A stretch of 64,000 bases of DNA, taken from positions 17,856,001 through 17,920,000 of the forward strand of contig CP075492.1 in NCBI GenBank assembly GCA_021613535.1, read 5' to 3'. Numbering within the stretch: position 1 is the first letter of the stretch; each line of letters begins with the position of its first letter. This document shows positions 1 through 13,739 of this stretch, piece after piece. Source of the stretch: Adineta vaga. Taxonomy: Eukaryota > Animalia > Rotifera. The notes beneath the pieces were generated by a model that saw nothing but the letters and a program-made list of their open reading frames with translations, ran no database searches and was not told the origin of the DNA. The translations under genes and the position numbers were made by a program.

Positions 1-750
1 ACAGGAATATTTATTTTACCTAAAAGATCTTGAGAAAATAATTACCATTTGACTGACCACGTGCTTTCGGTTAAAGAATGATGTCGAGAAAATAATTAAA
101 TTCCCGGAGCAATAGAGAACGTGACGTTGAATATTGTTCTTCTCACATTCTTGAAAAGTGAGATTCATGTGTAAATATTCTATCCTCATCCTAAATAAAA
201 GTTTATAATCGTTCAAAGAATAATATATATAACTGATTTTTTTAAAATACTAAAGCAATGATTTTAATATAAATATAATAATAGATTGAAGAAGAAAAAC
301 TTCTTTTCTCAAATGATTAAAATCTTATAAAGATCAAATTAAAAAAAATTGTTTATTTTCTATGGAATTGATTCTTTACAAATATCCAAATAAGATGGAG
401 GATCAGTTTGATTTAAACTTATTATTTCATAACTTGGTAAATCATTCGAATTTGCTTTTATGATAATTTCTAACTAAAAATAAATAAAATCAAATGAAAT
501 AAAAATCAATTTTACATGATAATTAATTAAATTAAATCGATCATTTCGATGAATTTTCTTTGATGAATTAATTCTCCAAAGAAGAAATTTCGAAGATTTT
601 GAATAAATTTCATTTTGAATTCTTTTTAAACGATTTGACTTAATTTTCAAATGTAAAAAGCAATAAGAAATTGAACCAAAAATTAAGAAAAAAAAACTGC
701 AAAAGAAATTAAAATAAAATAATATTTTTTATGAAATAAATCATAAAAAT

Positions 751-772
751 ACCCACACCCACACCCTCAATA
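751..772 (-). repeat. Telomere-like tract (C arm) truncating the RING gene
   Basis: ACCCACACCCACACCCTCAATAT; the minus-strand ORF switches from ...LPIDRDI to EGVGVG. Confidence 0.85.
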
Positions 773-3700
773 TCGCGATCGATTGGTAATGAACTTATCT
801 GAGTAAGTCGAATTGTAGTTCCATCGTTCTTGGGACATACGAAATTGCCTATACCGCTTCGAGCGGCTCGATCTATGCATTTAAAACAGTATGTATGATT
901 ACAAAGTAATCGATGTGGATCAACAAATATATTGTGACATATTTCACACATATGATGCATTATAGCGTTTGCCGGGAAATTCCATGTATTTCAGATATCA
1001 ACTAATTTCCCGGAAATTGAGTTTTCCCTTCAGATATACTAAACCAAAAGAATATCTACAATTTCCCAATTTTCATTACGGACGTACAGGGCATATAGGG
1101 CATATAGGGCGTATTTGCCGCTTAAAATATGTAACTCTGTCTACTGAAGGGATATATCTCAGTGCGGGTGCGGGGTGGGTGTCGGTGGGATATATCTCAG
1201 TGAGGGTGCGGGGTGGGTGTCGGTGGGGATATATCTCAGTGAGAGTGCGGGGTGGGTGTCGGTGCCCTATATGCCTTACATGCCTTGAATATCTAAGGCA
1301 TCCAAGGTCTTTGACATCCTTAATTTCCTTAATATGTATGCTTCGAAATTATCATCTATCTGTATGCCAAATCTGGATTTCCCGGAAAACGCTATAACGC
1401 ATCAAACCTGTTTGTTACAATTTCTTCTACATTGGAATGAATTTTTATCTACTAATCCTGATATTTGTACATACTATTTCTAATTGAATGCATTGTGGTA
1501 ACAATGGAAGATATAACTTTCTCGTCAAAATTATATTCAGGTAAAACTTCATCTTGTTGTTGAAAACTTTCTTCACTGTTGTCGTCATCGGTACCGTCAT
1601 CATCATCTCCTCCTTCTTCTTCTTCACCTCCTCCTCCTACATCCTTCTCCTCTTTCTTTTCCTCCTCTTCTCCCTCCTTTTCTTGGTTTTCTTCAATAAT
1701 ATTGCTATCTAACAGAATTTTAACTCTACGAATTCGGTTGTTGGATGGAAGCTTAACGTTTCTTGTTGAACTGCAACTTGATGAAGACGACGAAGATGTT
1801 TTCCGATCACGATTAGAACATTTTCTATAATATGAAATGTATTTTTTTCTTTCAAAGCAATCTATTGCTTACTTCGAAGACGTATCATCACTTGATGAGT
1901 CTGATGAAACTAATTGATTTAACGAAGACATGGTCAAATTTTATTCCGATTCACTAAAAAGAAACATGGAGGCTAAGAATTAGAATTTTACAAGCAATAC
2001 CTGACTTGTCGTTTAACACGAGCAGATTGGATATCATCTGGATTTCGTCAAGCATGTTTTGGTGCAAGTTTGTCAATTCTTTGTGTATATAAACCTCGAT
2101 GTTGTCTACCATCTCTTTTCCAATTTTCTTGAACAACGACATTAGTTCCATCTGTATCATCTGTTACATCCAGTGACTTCTTTTTCTTTTGTTTTCTTCT
2201 TATTAAACTTTGTGTCACTCCAAATTTGCTTGCCTTAAATTGAGCTTGAATACTTCGATAAAGCTTTCTAATTGCATCACCCGGAGTATTACTGCGTTTA
2301 TTACCAAATATACTTTTTTTCATTGTACGAAAATAACTTTCAACCATAGCATTTGAATACCGAATAGGATTGTAAATTGCTGATAAATTTGCTTTATTGT
2401 CACTAGCATATCTTTCTTCAAAATTCCACAACAAACCAGTCCATAAAGGTAAATATGCCCACCATCGATAAAAGATACGTATAATTGAAGGAAAAAATAA
2501 TGGATTAACGATGTCATTATATTTTGATTTTTTATCAATAAGAGTTAGAAGATTTGGATACAAACGAATTGCTTCTTTATTGAACGGTGATTGATGTATA
2601 ATAGGAGTGTTATCACGAAAATATTCATCAACAACACGAAGCTCATTATCTCGTTTTTTTGCTTCTTTTAATATTTTTCTCTTATCTAATAATATTATAG
2701 CACTTTCTTCATCAATATCAAGTAGAACAGAGAGAATTCGTTCAAATTTCTGTTGTGCATTCATTTCATCTGGATCACCAAATATGCTAATTACTGTACC
2801 AAGTGTTTCATATAATCGATTAAGATCATTATCACATAAAATGAATACAAATATATGTAAGATACCTCGACGAATTTTCTTATCTATATGAGTGGCATTT
2901 AAACTTCTCGCGATAGCGTGTATTACATGACAATAACAAAGATGGATGAATGACAATGATCGTAATTCAGTAGCATTATATTTTCCAGATAAAACATTCC
3001 AACATCGATTTAAATGAATATTGATATTTTCGCCATTAAATACTTGAAGAATAGAGTTCATAAGTGCAGCCGAAAAATCAATGATAAAAAAGAAGGTAGA
3101 ACTAATTTATGTTTGATCTTGATAATGCTATTTGTTAAATTACCAAAAAAATAGCTAATGCTAGGAATTGTATGATCTGTAAGAATTGCGTGTGCAAGTG
3201 CAATAGTATCATTTGCATCGGTTCCATCTTTGAAAACCATGCCATAAATGTATACATCATTTTGTTCCTGCATTTTTATCAAGACACCACCAGTAGCATC
3301 AATATGAATGAAAGAATATTTTTCTTTTGTACAATATTTTATATATCTTTGAATTTGTAATTCAGAAAACAAATGTACACGAAATGGTAATTCACCAACA
3401 ACTTGAACATAACCTAGAAAAAGGCATAAAAGTTAGTTCATAAAATAATTTTTTTATATATCTATTAAACTTACCTTCAATTTCTTTAGATGTTACATCT
3501 GCTTCACGATATGAATAAACGATGATCCGACACTCTGTGAATACATTTTCATCAAACTCCATTTTCTTCCGATAATCAGCTCCTGCTTTTCTCGTTGATT
3601 CTAGTGTGTCACATCCTGTAAAATTTCCAGCTGCAAGTAAACGTTCATCTGCAGCTTCAACACGTTCTCGAAATACTGCTAAAGGTCCAATATTATTCGC

Positions 3701-4625
3701 TCGCTCTCCTAAATTCAAATTTTCATAAAGATATAATCAGAAAAGTATATTGATTTCTTACCGACAAGTAATCGTTCAGCTCCACATAATTGGCGAGTCA
3801 TTATTTCCTTTTCAGGATTTTGCTTTTCAATTCCTGAAATTTCCATCATAAACAATGCTGATGTACAAACATCCGGTTTATTTTCAAGAGTTATATAATA
3901 TGATCTGGTACATTCACTGCCCATACAGTAAGCACGACACCAGAATGCTTTACAATTTTTTTTCTCGTACCTTCAGGTAAATGTCCTCTTCCAAATTTGG
4001 TGCCACAAATAATTCCTAATATCTTTATCTTGCTATAAAATATGTTGGACCAACCTGGATTCATTTTCTTTTTTGATTGACTATATGCAGCTTTCCATTC
4101 AATTGGAGTTAACATAAATGTTACTTTTTGTACTGGTACATTGTTTTCATCGTTTTGTTGTCTTCCATTATTACGTGTATTTGGTCGTTGAGGTATTGGT
4201 ATCGATGAAACAAGAACTAAGTGCGACTTTGAAATATTTGTGGAAGACGTTTCATTTGTCTCGTTCGTACCACAATTATTTTCATTATTATTGCTATGAA
4301 TAACTTTTTCCTTCATCTTCTTTTCCACCTGTGTACGTACACGATGACGATCAAAACGCCACACATTGTATAAAGAATGACGTATTTTCTCAGTATGCTC
4401 AATTCTTAATTTTCCTATAATTTCACCCCATAAAGATTTTTGTTGCAATGAATCAGTTGTTAGTCGCCATGTTTCTTTTTCAAGTTGATCAAGACGATTT
4501 CCAAGAGAAAGTATTGCGACAATTAATTGTTGTTCAGAAATTAATGACCAGATGGTATTCGATTTCTTTTTTGATTTTGAATTTCCGTTTGGCTTTGGCT
4601 TTGATTTTGACTTTGACTTTGACAT
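772..4625 (-). pseudogene. Mutator-like (MULE) DDE transposase with acidic linker and C-terminal RING finger; frameshifts and stops
   Basis: ORFs 3891-4625, 3715-3924, 3392-3718, 3058-3372 and 2048-3061 carry HIDATG (D), a frameshifted IDFSAALMN (D), HLCYCH (CxxH) and NAMVESYF (E). Frame continues past TGA 2048 through short GT-AG introns, a Glu/Asp-rich exon (about 1470-1826) and a 48-nt intron into the RING CEIC...CNHTYCFKC...CP at 772-960. Confidence 0.75.
963..1394. mobile_element. MITE with TA target duplication inserted in the RING exon
   Basis: TIR TAGCGTTTGCCGGGAAAT / ATTTCCCGGAAAACGCTA, with TA at 961-962 and 1395-1396. Removing it restores the frame ...NRFDAL-MHHMCEIC. Centre has three ~39-bp copies of a G-rich unit. 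Confidence 0.85.
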
Positions 4626-6590
4626 TGATTATATACGATCAATACAACAAGAAAAAACTCAGAATGTTTTATTAAGGAGTAAAGACTTTTGAAGTAAATT
4701 CAGTTTCAAACGAAATGCTTTTCAAATGAATGAATTTTATTCAGAAATCAAACCGATATTGTATACTTCTCGTTTTATCAATGTAAAAAGAAACATATCG
4801 ATCAGTAAAATATTGCTTTATCAAAAAAGAACACTTGATAGTTAAACACAATTTACATTGAAAGTTATTCTTTTATGTCTTATCACTAAACAAATATGAT
4901 TCATAGGATTGATTCAGATGATAGATAATGAATTATATATCAACACCTCTTCAAATAAAAACAACGATCAGGTAGCATCTTCATTGTACAGATGACACAC
5001 TCAACAGATTAAATTTGTTTATTAAATGTTTACACATCTCTTCAACAAAAAAAAGATTTATCGTTTATACGTTGAAATGATTATACATACGTAAACTAAC
5101 AAGATAAGAGCACTCAAGACAACTCTCTATCAATCAACAAAAAACATCGATTACTAATCTATACTTGTCGTTTAAACCAACGTTTTCAAATTTATTTTCC
5201 CATGTGAACGTTTCTGATATGATTCACCACTAGCACCATTCTCTAGAAAATATTGATAAAAACTCTTACTTTCATCTAATAGCTTTTTCTCATAATTCAT
5301 TTCAACAATAAACAATCAACCTCTTACATCATTTCTTTGAAATCATTATTCTAAAGAATGCAACGTTCAAATAAAAAGAAATTCATTTTCACCCTTTTTC
5401 TTTTTCCCTTTCATAAATTAGCATTCACTACCTTAGTCTATACAACAAACTCTTCTTAATTTGACATAATAAATTTATTTTAAAAAGTTATTTTAATGTA
5501 AATCAAAAGCTGCTTTTACTTATTTTTTTCTATTGTCGACTTTAAATCTTCACAATCACGAGCATTCATGTCAAAACCAAAAAAAGACATTTTACCAAAT
5601 ATTCAATTCTTCATTTTATTTTATTTTTCAAAAAGATTCTTTTTTTTCTTTTATTTTAGTCATAATGATTAATTTTTATCATTCGTAGAATTAATTTCCA
5701 AAAAAATCTTCTTTTTACAAAAGTCGTTCATATCATTTTTTCAAAAAGAAATTCAATAATCCATTTTTCAAATCATAATCATCAACTTTAATGACACTAA
5801 AACTTTATTTCCAAAAAGCAATTCATTTTTATTTTTACTTTCATCAAAAAAATCTTTTATCAATTGATTTTACCAATTTTTCTATCGTTGAAAAAATTTC
5901 TGTCAAACAAAACAAGCGCCTTACAATTTTTTTCACAGATTGGATCGAATGAATCAACCAATAGAAATTTTCCATAAAATCATTCATATTTATTTTTCTA
6001 CATTTCATCAAACTGACTACTAGCGCCATCAACAAAGAAAAATTCATCGAATTTTTGCGTATTGGCTAAAATATCCTAATCAATGAGTGATTTTTAAATT
6101 TTTGTTAAAATATAAATTATTTTAACATAACAAACAGCACAGAAAAATCTGAGTTAAGATGATGTCATATTACTAAAGAAAATATCCCATTGTTTGATAT
6201 GAATCAACCAACGAAATTTTTTTCGTCAATGCATATTTGACAGATAAATTGAGAATTAGTATTTTTCTCAAGGATAAACTGGTCAAAATAAAAAAATCAG
6301 ATGTAGAATCGGTAGAGCTCGTCGAGCTCGATCTGGAACCAGTGTCGGAATCGAGCTAGGTGGTTTTTAGGCGAATCCGCACGGTTTTTGTAAAATTTTG
6401 ATGTTTTTTAGGTGTCTTTTTGCGATTTTTTGCGTTTTTAGGGGTGAAGGGGGGACTTTTTTCAAAGTTTGATTTTTGGAACAGCTAGAGCTCATCAAGT
6501 TCTACTTGGATCCAGTGTCAATATAATTGGAACGCATGTTAGAACGAATCGGCTCAAGAAAAAGTCAAATCCTGCCCAAAGATATCCTAC

Positions 6591-7140
6591 GTGATTATTT
6601 GTTGTTTACATGGTATTCCATATATTATATTTGCTAATCTTTCATCAATAACCGGTGCTTGTATTTATACAAACGCAATCTTTGGAAACCTATGTACTGC
6701 TATTCATTGTTATTGTGCTCACCTTTATGGTTAGCTTTATTTTGATTATTTTTGGATATTTATCCTATCGAAATATTCAGCGAACAACCACTCTTGCTGA
6801 TCAAGGAGCTCAAAAACAATTGACAAGAATGATTTGTATGCAAGTAATATTAATTGTCTTCTCTCTCACTACCTACGATATCTATAATCTCTATGTATGG
6901 TTTACATCCGGTCTGAATGGATAAGCAAATCGGAATTCTATAGAGTACTTTGGGTTAAATATGCGGTACGTTTCATCTGTTGTTCAAAAATTACTTACAT
7001 TGTTTTTTATGATTTTTTTAAGGTAGTTTTTATGTTTTTCTCGCAGCTTCTAGTCGTTTTCATGGAAAAGTGAAAAAGTGAATCTTCAAATGTCAAAAAA
7101 CAAATCAAGTTAAGCCAGATAAAAACGTGATAGTATAGCC
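6591..7140 (+). pseudogene. Rhodopsin-like GPCR 3' fragment (TM4-TM7)
   Basis: VIICCLHGIPYIIF..., frameshift, IFGYLSYRNI...QKQLTRMICMQV, in-frame stop at 6922. Confidence 0.7.
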
Positions 7141-7213
7141 AAATTTGTTAAAAGACTAATTTAATCAGGGACTTAATTATTATCAACAAATAACATTCGA
7201 TTTTTGTGTTCTG

Positions 7214-7813
7214 AGAATTGAATTTCGTCCGGTGGAACTTCAATGAACAGATTTTGAAAATGCTGCTTTATCTGTATTTTTAATCTTATTAACTAGATCT
7301 ATTTTATCATTTCAAATTGATTCGCGAATACCAATATCACTTATTAATGAAAATATGGAAAGAGCACGAACTAAAAATAAAATTGAAAAAATGAAATTTT
7401 ATTTTCGAAAAAATTTTTCTTCTTAAGAGAATAATGAAATCTGTGAAATGAAAATGGATGAAATTATTAATGGTTCTGTAAGTCTTTTTAGATTATTTAT
7501 TTAAAATAAGAGGAAAAGAAGCTTTTTCTTTTAGAATGGATTAAAATATTTAGTTATAAATTATTTAGATTCATTAGAAGATATTGATATTTTAACAAGA
7601 CAAACAATTAATCATTATATTGAATTTATTTCACAACGTGCAAAAGGAAATTTATTAATAAATCCAATGTAGATGAGAAAATATGTTGAAAATCATCCAT
7701 TATATAAACATGATTCAATCGTTATTGAACAAATTCAATATGATTTATTTTGTCAAATTGAAAAAATAGCAAAGAATCAACAATTAAATCTTTCTCATCT
7801 TGTAGCAAATTAA
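7214..7813 (+). pseudogene. GCLC: Glutamate-cysteine ligase catalytic subunit, C-terminal fragment
   Basis: Manual translation: RIEFRPVELQ*TDFENAA...IPISLINENMERA...KFYFRKN...EMKMDEIING, intron, ...ISQRAKGNLL...*MRKYVENHPLYKHDSIV. Stops at 7244 and 7670. Confidence 0.88.
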
Positions 7814-7825
7814 AACATATTTTTG

Positions 7826-8513
7826 TTGTGTACTCAAAAAGTGAGTACACTACTAAAATCGGTCAGTGTGTCCGTCTGTCCGTCCGTCCGTTTATCCAAT
7901 AACGCACCAAAAACATCAGCGATTGATCGGAATTTTTTTTGCACAGGTTGGTCTCATGAATATCTAGGTCAAGTTCGAAGATGAGAACGATCAGTCGAGA
8001 AATGGCTGATATATCGTTAAAAACTGTAAAAAATGACCCCTGGGTCCCTGAGGGGAAGTACAGGAATTTTCAAAAAAAACTTTTATTTCTTTTCCATTTA
8101 TATCATAATACTAAGTTTTATCAAGGCAACGAGGTACTACTATGGGGGTACCCATGGATCCTCATGTGATATTTTGATATTCTTTGTATGTGTTTTCGAT
8201 CTCGGGTTTAGCGTCTTCAGGCGATGCTTTTCCAATTTACTTAGAAAACCAGTACTTTTTCTAGTATCCGTCCATGCGTTCAACAGTCTCTTTACTCAGT
8301 AACTTGGAAAGGTCAGTCAGATTTTGGCAAAAATCTCGACACAATTTAGTCTCTTTCATATCTGCGTCGAGTGGGAAGATGAACCTGATTGTATGAGGCA
8401 TTTCTAAGTTGATGTAATAGTACTGATATTTTCTTTGCTTTTTTTGTGTTTTCTGATACACTTTTTGCAGTACACATAACGTTCGGATAAAATCCGAAGT
8501 TTCCACATTTATT
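7826..8513 (+). mobile_element. HINE/DINE-1-like non-autonomous Helentron, copy 1
   Basis: 5' palindromic subTIR TGTGTACTCAAAAAGTGAGTACAC, (GTCC/GTCT)n microsatellite, 3' subTIR ACTTTTTGCAGTACACA, hairpin TTCGGATAAAATCCGAA, T-rich flanks. Both ends are shared with 32482-33602. Confidence 0.8.
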
Positions 8514-9326
8514 ATTCTTAGAGATTTTTTTATCAACAAATTAGAAAGAAATTATTTAGATAAACCTTTTCTTTTTGTATTTTCAATAGAAATTTTTTAA
8601 TATTTAACTTATAAAATTCGATTAAAAAGAAAAAAAATCATCAAACTTCTAATTTAATACAATGCTGAAACCGGTAAAAACATGGGAATTTATCGGTTGA
8701 AAGTTTCTTAAAAAAGATTCATCAATGTGACGCTATTTGTGAAGCTATTTTATACATATGGAGCTATCTTTATCAGAATTTCACCAGTTCAGCATGTAAT
8801 TCGAACCGGTCGGTATATCTGTTCCAGCCCTCACGTAATTTGAAGCATGTGAGTCCGCTTCAAATACAAAAAGCTGCTGTTTCCTCTTTGATTTCATTTA
8901 TGACATACGAAACTTTACAATTATGTGGCAGTTTTATTTTGATAGTTTTTAGATAGACTTGACAAAATTATCTCTTTGAACTATAAAAAATATATTTAAC
9001 ATCTTCATTATTCAAAAATACACAAAAACAGTTTGATAAGAGGAAGGTGAAATAGAAGTGAAAATTCTTTCTTCTGTCGATCTATGCAAAAATTGATAAG
9101 GCACATCGTCGTGTTATATCGATTATTCTAATAACTCAATTCGTTTACAAAAACCTTCTTTTCTAGAAACTTTTCATAAATTCTTGAGGATTTTGTGAAA
9201 AAACAACTTCAATTATTAGCTTTAGATTTCATTGTTTTATACAAACTAAATATTTTTAGTGATTGAAGTTCATTTTCTTCCATATAATCATTTTACTTTT
9301 CAAACCTATACATAAAACAATAGCAT

Positions 9327-11010
9327 TCAATCAATATCAGCAAAAGGAAAATAGTTTCGTAAAGATTGAATTGAATAGTTGCTAGTTTCTCCATAAAAAA
9401 ATATTTCATTTACTTTACCACAATTAATTCGTGTTTCATCTCTTGTAAAATTTTGTGTTATTCTTGCTAATGAATGTGTATCAATAATAATTGAAATCAT
9501 ATTATGTAAATATGTTTTTGTATTAAGAAATTGTTCAGTATAATCATCATGACATTCTCGAATGTCAAGTTCAATAAGATGATAATATTGAATAATTTCA
9601 AAATTTTCATTCATATCTATTGATTGTTTAGAATTTTGTGCACGATAATTAATCACAGTTAACCTAGTCATCAATGGAAATGCAAGAGAAATTTGTCGAA
9701 AAAATTCATGTTCAAATGGACGTTCATCATCATGTAATGATACTATACGAACATATCGATAATATCCACCTGGAAAATGATTTGTTATATTTTCATAAGA
9801 TTTCATTTGAAATGGATATGAATAAACATGACATTGTATGATTTTTCGTTTATGTGGAAAATAATCAAGACAAGATATTACCTTTTCACATGAAAAATCT
9901 GTAAATGTTTGTTGAACATCTTCTTTCGATGAAAAATTCATTTGGTTATTTTTAATAAATATAAGTGAATAAATATCAAAGTCAAAATATTTCACTTTTG
10001 TCAAATGATGAAGAATATCTTCTTTCAAACTGTTTCCATCGATAAATCCTACGCACGAAGCAGTAATATATAAGCCAAGTTTTTCTAAATTTGACATTCG
10101 ACGAATTAGCGGAACAACTAAACTCTTGTATTCCCATGTCTTCGAAAAACACGATAGATTGAAATATTTCAAATTTGGAATATTTCTCTAGAAAATTTTG
10201 AAAAATAATGAAGATATTTCTTATTATTAAACTAACTTGATTATCGACTTGTTCGAATAAATGACTAATAACCATCAGATCAATAACAAGCGATTGAAGA
10301 TTATTGAAACGACCATCAAGGATACAGAGACAGTCATTAAAATTGTATGCTTTTATATTTAATGTTAATAAAGTTGATGAAGAAAATTTCGAAGATGGAA
10401 GATCAGTCGTGAAACGAATGATATCCAAATATGATGCATCGTAAAATGCTAAGTGAATTAAATTCTTCATCATTGTGATTATAATATTACATATATTTCC
10501 TAATATTGATCTGTTCTTTTTTTCCAAATCAATTTCAATAACAAGTGATGATATTTGATTTTCTAAAGTATCACATGAAAGATTTTTATCTAAATAAGAA
10601 AATCGAATAATTTGAATGAATTATCAGCAAAAAACATGATTTATCATACCGGTAAAAAGAAAGTTGATTATTTCCTCGTCCACATTGTATAGACCAAGTC
10701 CAGATAAATTAGAATATTTATTAGTAGATAAAATATGTCTTATAAATGATGATTCAATGTTAAACCATTCAATTCTTGTACAAATTTTCGATGATATCTG
10801 TGAAAATTGATGAATAAGATTAGAAGAAAATTTAGTAATAATTTTATGATTTGACCATTCGACAAAATTGAAATGCTTTGTAAAAATTGGATCATAAAGA
10901 ATTCTGTTGAATTGTTGATTAATATCATGGAAAGAATAATGAACTTCAAAATTATTTAATTCTTTCAAAATTAATAGAAGAATTTCTTCAGGTAAATTAT
11001 TCAATTTCAT
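9327..11010 (-). CDS. F-box-like / LRR-like protein (bdelloid-expanded family), 3 exons
   Basis: N-terminal LNNLPEEILLLILKEL F-box motif; family motifs FSSSTL, CILDGR, HVYSYPF, PFEHEFF, YFP; short introns. Confidence 0.8.
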
Positions 11011-11164
11011 CTTTATTTTTATCGTTTCTTATTAAAAAATCTGAATCGACACATTCATCTATTTATATGCTTATTTATCTCATTTGGCCGATGCATTTTT
11101 CTATAGTCTATGTCATGATTAGCTGCCATTAGATTGAAAGAAAAGAAACTAAATGAAATAGTCT

Positions 11165-11315
11165 AATGTCGAGAGCAAAAGACGGAAGGAGAAAAATGTC
11201 GAATGAATTATCGTCGACGGGAAACACGGCCAAAAGAGAACAATCTGACTATCATCGGATACTGTCGGACAAAATATGGGATATCGGGAAATGTGAACAT
11301 TTTCGACAGTTTCCC
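11165..11315 (+). repeat. Degenerate ~15-bp-period (G/A)TCGA array upstream of F-box gene 1
   Basis: GTCGA-like cores at 11168, 11198, 11213, 11228 and 11243; ends in GTTTCC. Confidence 0.55.
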
Positions 11316-13739
11316 ATAAAATTCAACGAGATTTGATATTCGGATTGTTCGTCCTGGGTAGATTTTTGAATATCTTTTATTGATATATCTCAATAGTTTT
11401 CAAAAATTATGAAATGAAATGATAGTTGCTAGCAAAAAAAACAACTCATTTAGAAGAAAAAGTGGTTAAAAACGCGCTTTCTTCTCATGTTTATTTTCTT
11501 ATCTGTTTTGTCAAAAGTGAAAATGAGGAGATTAGCAGATATATCGACGTTAAATCTACAGATTGCTATCATCATAGCCACCCGCAGCTGTTGTTAAAGT
11601 CATCAGAATAGAGCTTCATAGAATAATATGAGTGCGTTACACTGCGAACAAGCCGTCGTTACACATATTTATAGACTGTTGATTAAAATTAAGATAAAAA
11701 AGTGTTTAAGACTTTTTTAAATAATGAAAATAGTGAAATTATTTTATGAAAGATAATTCAAGTATAAGATAGAAGATTTATTGATAAAGTTTTATAGATA
11801 AATAAAAACAAAATTTTTCATTAGAAGATTTTTCATGTTAAAATGATTCGTTTGAATGAATCAATAGAAGATTCTACTATCGAATAGTTTCCTCTTGAAA
11901 ATTGGATGAACATTTCCTAATAGAAAGTAAGATGTCATTTACATGATAGGCTAGAAGTAAACTTTCCAAACCGTAAATATTTCTTTTGTTTTTATATTTG
12001 AATAAAAAATCGATGAAATACTGCCAAAGATTGTCATAAAAACTTTCAAATAAATTAAATTTAAAAAGATTTTATTCGACATTGTACAGCTAAAGAATTA
12101 ATTCTTTTCCTGCTTATGAAAAATATTTCAAAGAAAAAGAATTTGAAAATACTTTATAAAAGTCAAAATGATCAAGTTCGACAAAATTGAACCGTACTTC
12201 AAGAAAATATTTTACTATGATTACAATTCGAATGAGTTTTATTCGTAGAAGATGATATTGATGCCGAAATCCAGAGGGAATATACTTTGCTGAAGCCAGT
12301 TATCAACAGATGGATAAACTCGGTTCTGTCGAACTCTTCAAAATGATTATCTGCAGTTCTTTTATGGCCATTTGCCTATAAATAAAACAAATATTCCACC
12401 TATTGCAATTTACAATAATCATCTCTTTAAAAAAAAGAATTGTTTAATACATAGCTTTTAATAATAATTGAACGTGAACAACTTCATTTAAAACTAATGG
12501 ACAACATGAAAAGTTGATAAGAAACCCATTTAAAGGAGATTCTTGCATGAAAAACAAATATATTCAGTAATCAAACAAATTTCACCACGGAAGGAAGTTA
12601 TATTCTACCAATTAGTGAATAAACTGAAAACTTTTATTTTAATAATTTTTCTCTAAAGGTCGACTATAATAAAGACTAATAGAAGTTCGAAGAATATTAA
12701 TTATTTTAAAGTTTTTGAGTAGATTTAAAATGATTAATACAATGAAATTGAATTTGATCTGTTTGATTTAATGTTATAGATTTCAAAATTTATCTCATAT
12801 AGGAAAAACATTAATGAATTGAACTCATTCATACTGAAGCTAGAATATCTTCTTGTATAGTATTCTGTATTCAAAGATAGACAATCATTTTTTCTTTTTG
12901 TCAAATAGATGTCATAATGAAATATTAGATTAAGTTTCATAGAATTTTATCTTTTCACAAATAAAAAAAATCACTTATATTTCTTACGAATTCGGATGAT
13001 TAGTAGAAACATAAAAATCGTAATTTGTTATAGTTAAATGATTTAATGAATAGAGTGAAAAAAGGATATATAGGTATTTTATTCATACGGATTGATAATG
13101 AATCGAGTGATAAATGAATGATGAATAAAATTTTTCTTTTTCTTATATAGTTTAATTTTAAATTAAACTTTATAATGATAACTATTTATTTTAAATTTTA
13201 AAAAAACTAAATAGTTTCATATCAAAATCATCTTTGTCGGCATATCTGAAATAAGAACAAACAAATTAATTATTTATTTCATATTGTTACAAATATCTTA
13301 CTCATATTTAACTTATTTGATATATCTGTTTGGACTTAATTTGAGACTTGGTTTTGGTGGGATTTCGTTCTAAAGTGGATATTAAGTTATATGTTAATTT
13401 GTACATAAGTCATACTTACCAAAAAAACAAAGTCAATTGTACCATCTGTTTCATTTTGAGATATTTTTATTTTTTTAATTTCTTTATTTTGATCGGAGAA
13501 ATGAATAGTATTTCCATTCGATTGAAAGAATTCGATCGCATTATAAATCGGCTAAGAAAGAAAATAAATTTTCTTTAAATAAAAAAAAATGAAACATTTT
13601 CTTACTTCATTTTCAGGTAAATGGATAAAGATATATGAATACACATACAACACCACCATTTCAAACGCATTATCGATTTTTTTCTGATTTTTCTTTAACA
13701 AGGTTTTGAACATATGATCCATAGAATAATCAAGAAGAT

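Larger units (their letters stand above)
772..6590 (-). mobile_element. Truncated MULE-like DNA transposon; one end near 6590, other end replaced by a telomere-like tract
   Basis: Transposase remnants plus a GC-richer terminal segment (6300-6590) with repeated TAGAGCTC motifs, ending abruptly where GPCR coding sequence begins at 6591. Confidence 0.55.

Noticed and set aside
1579-1830. Ser/Pro-rich plus-strand ORF
   Set aside because: It is the antisense of the Glu/Asp-rich exon of the MULE-RING gene.
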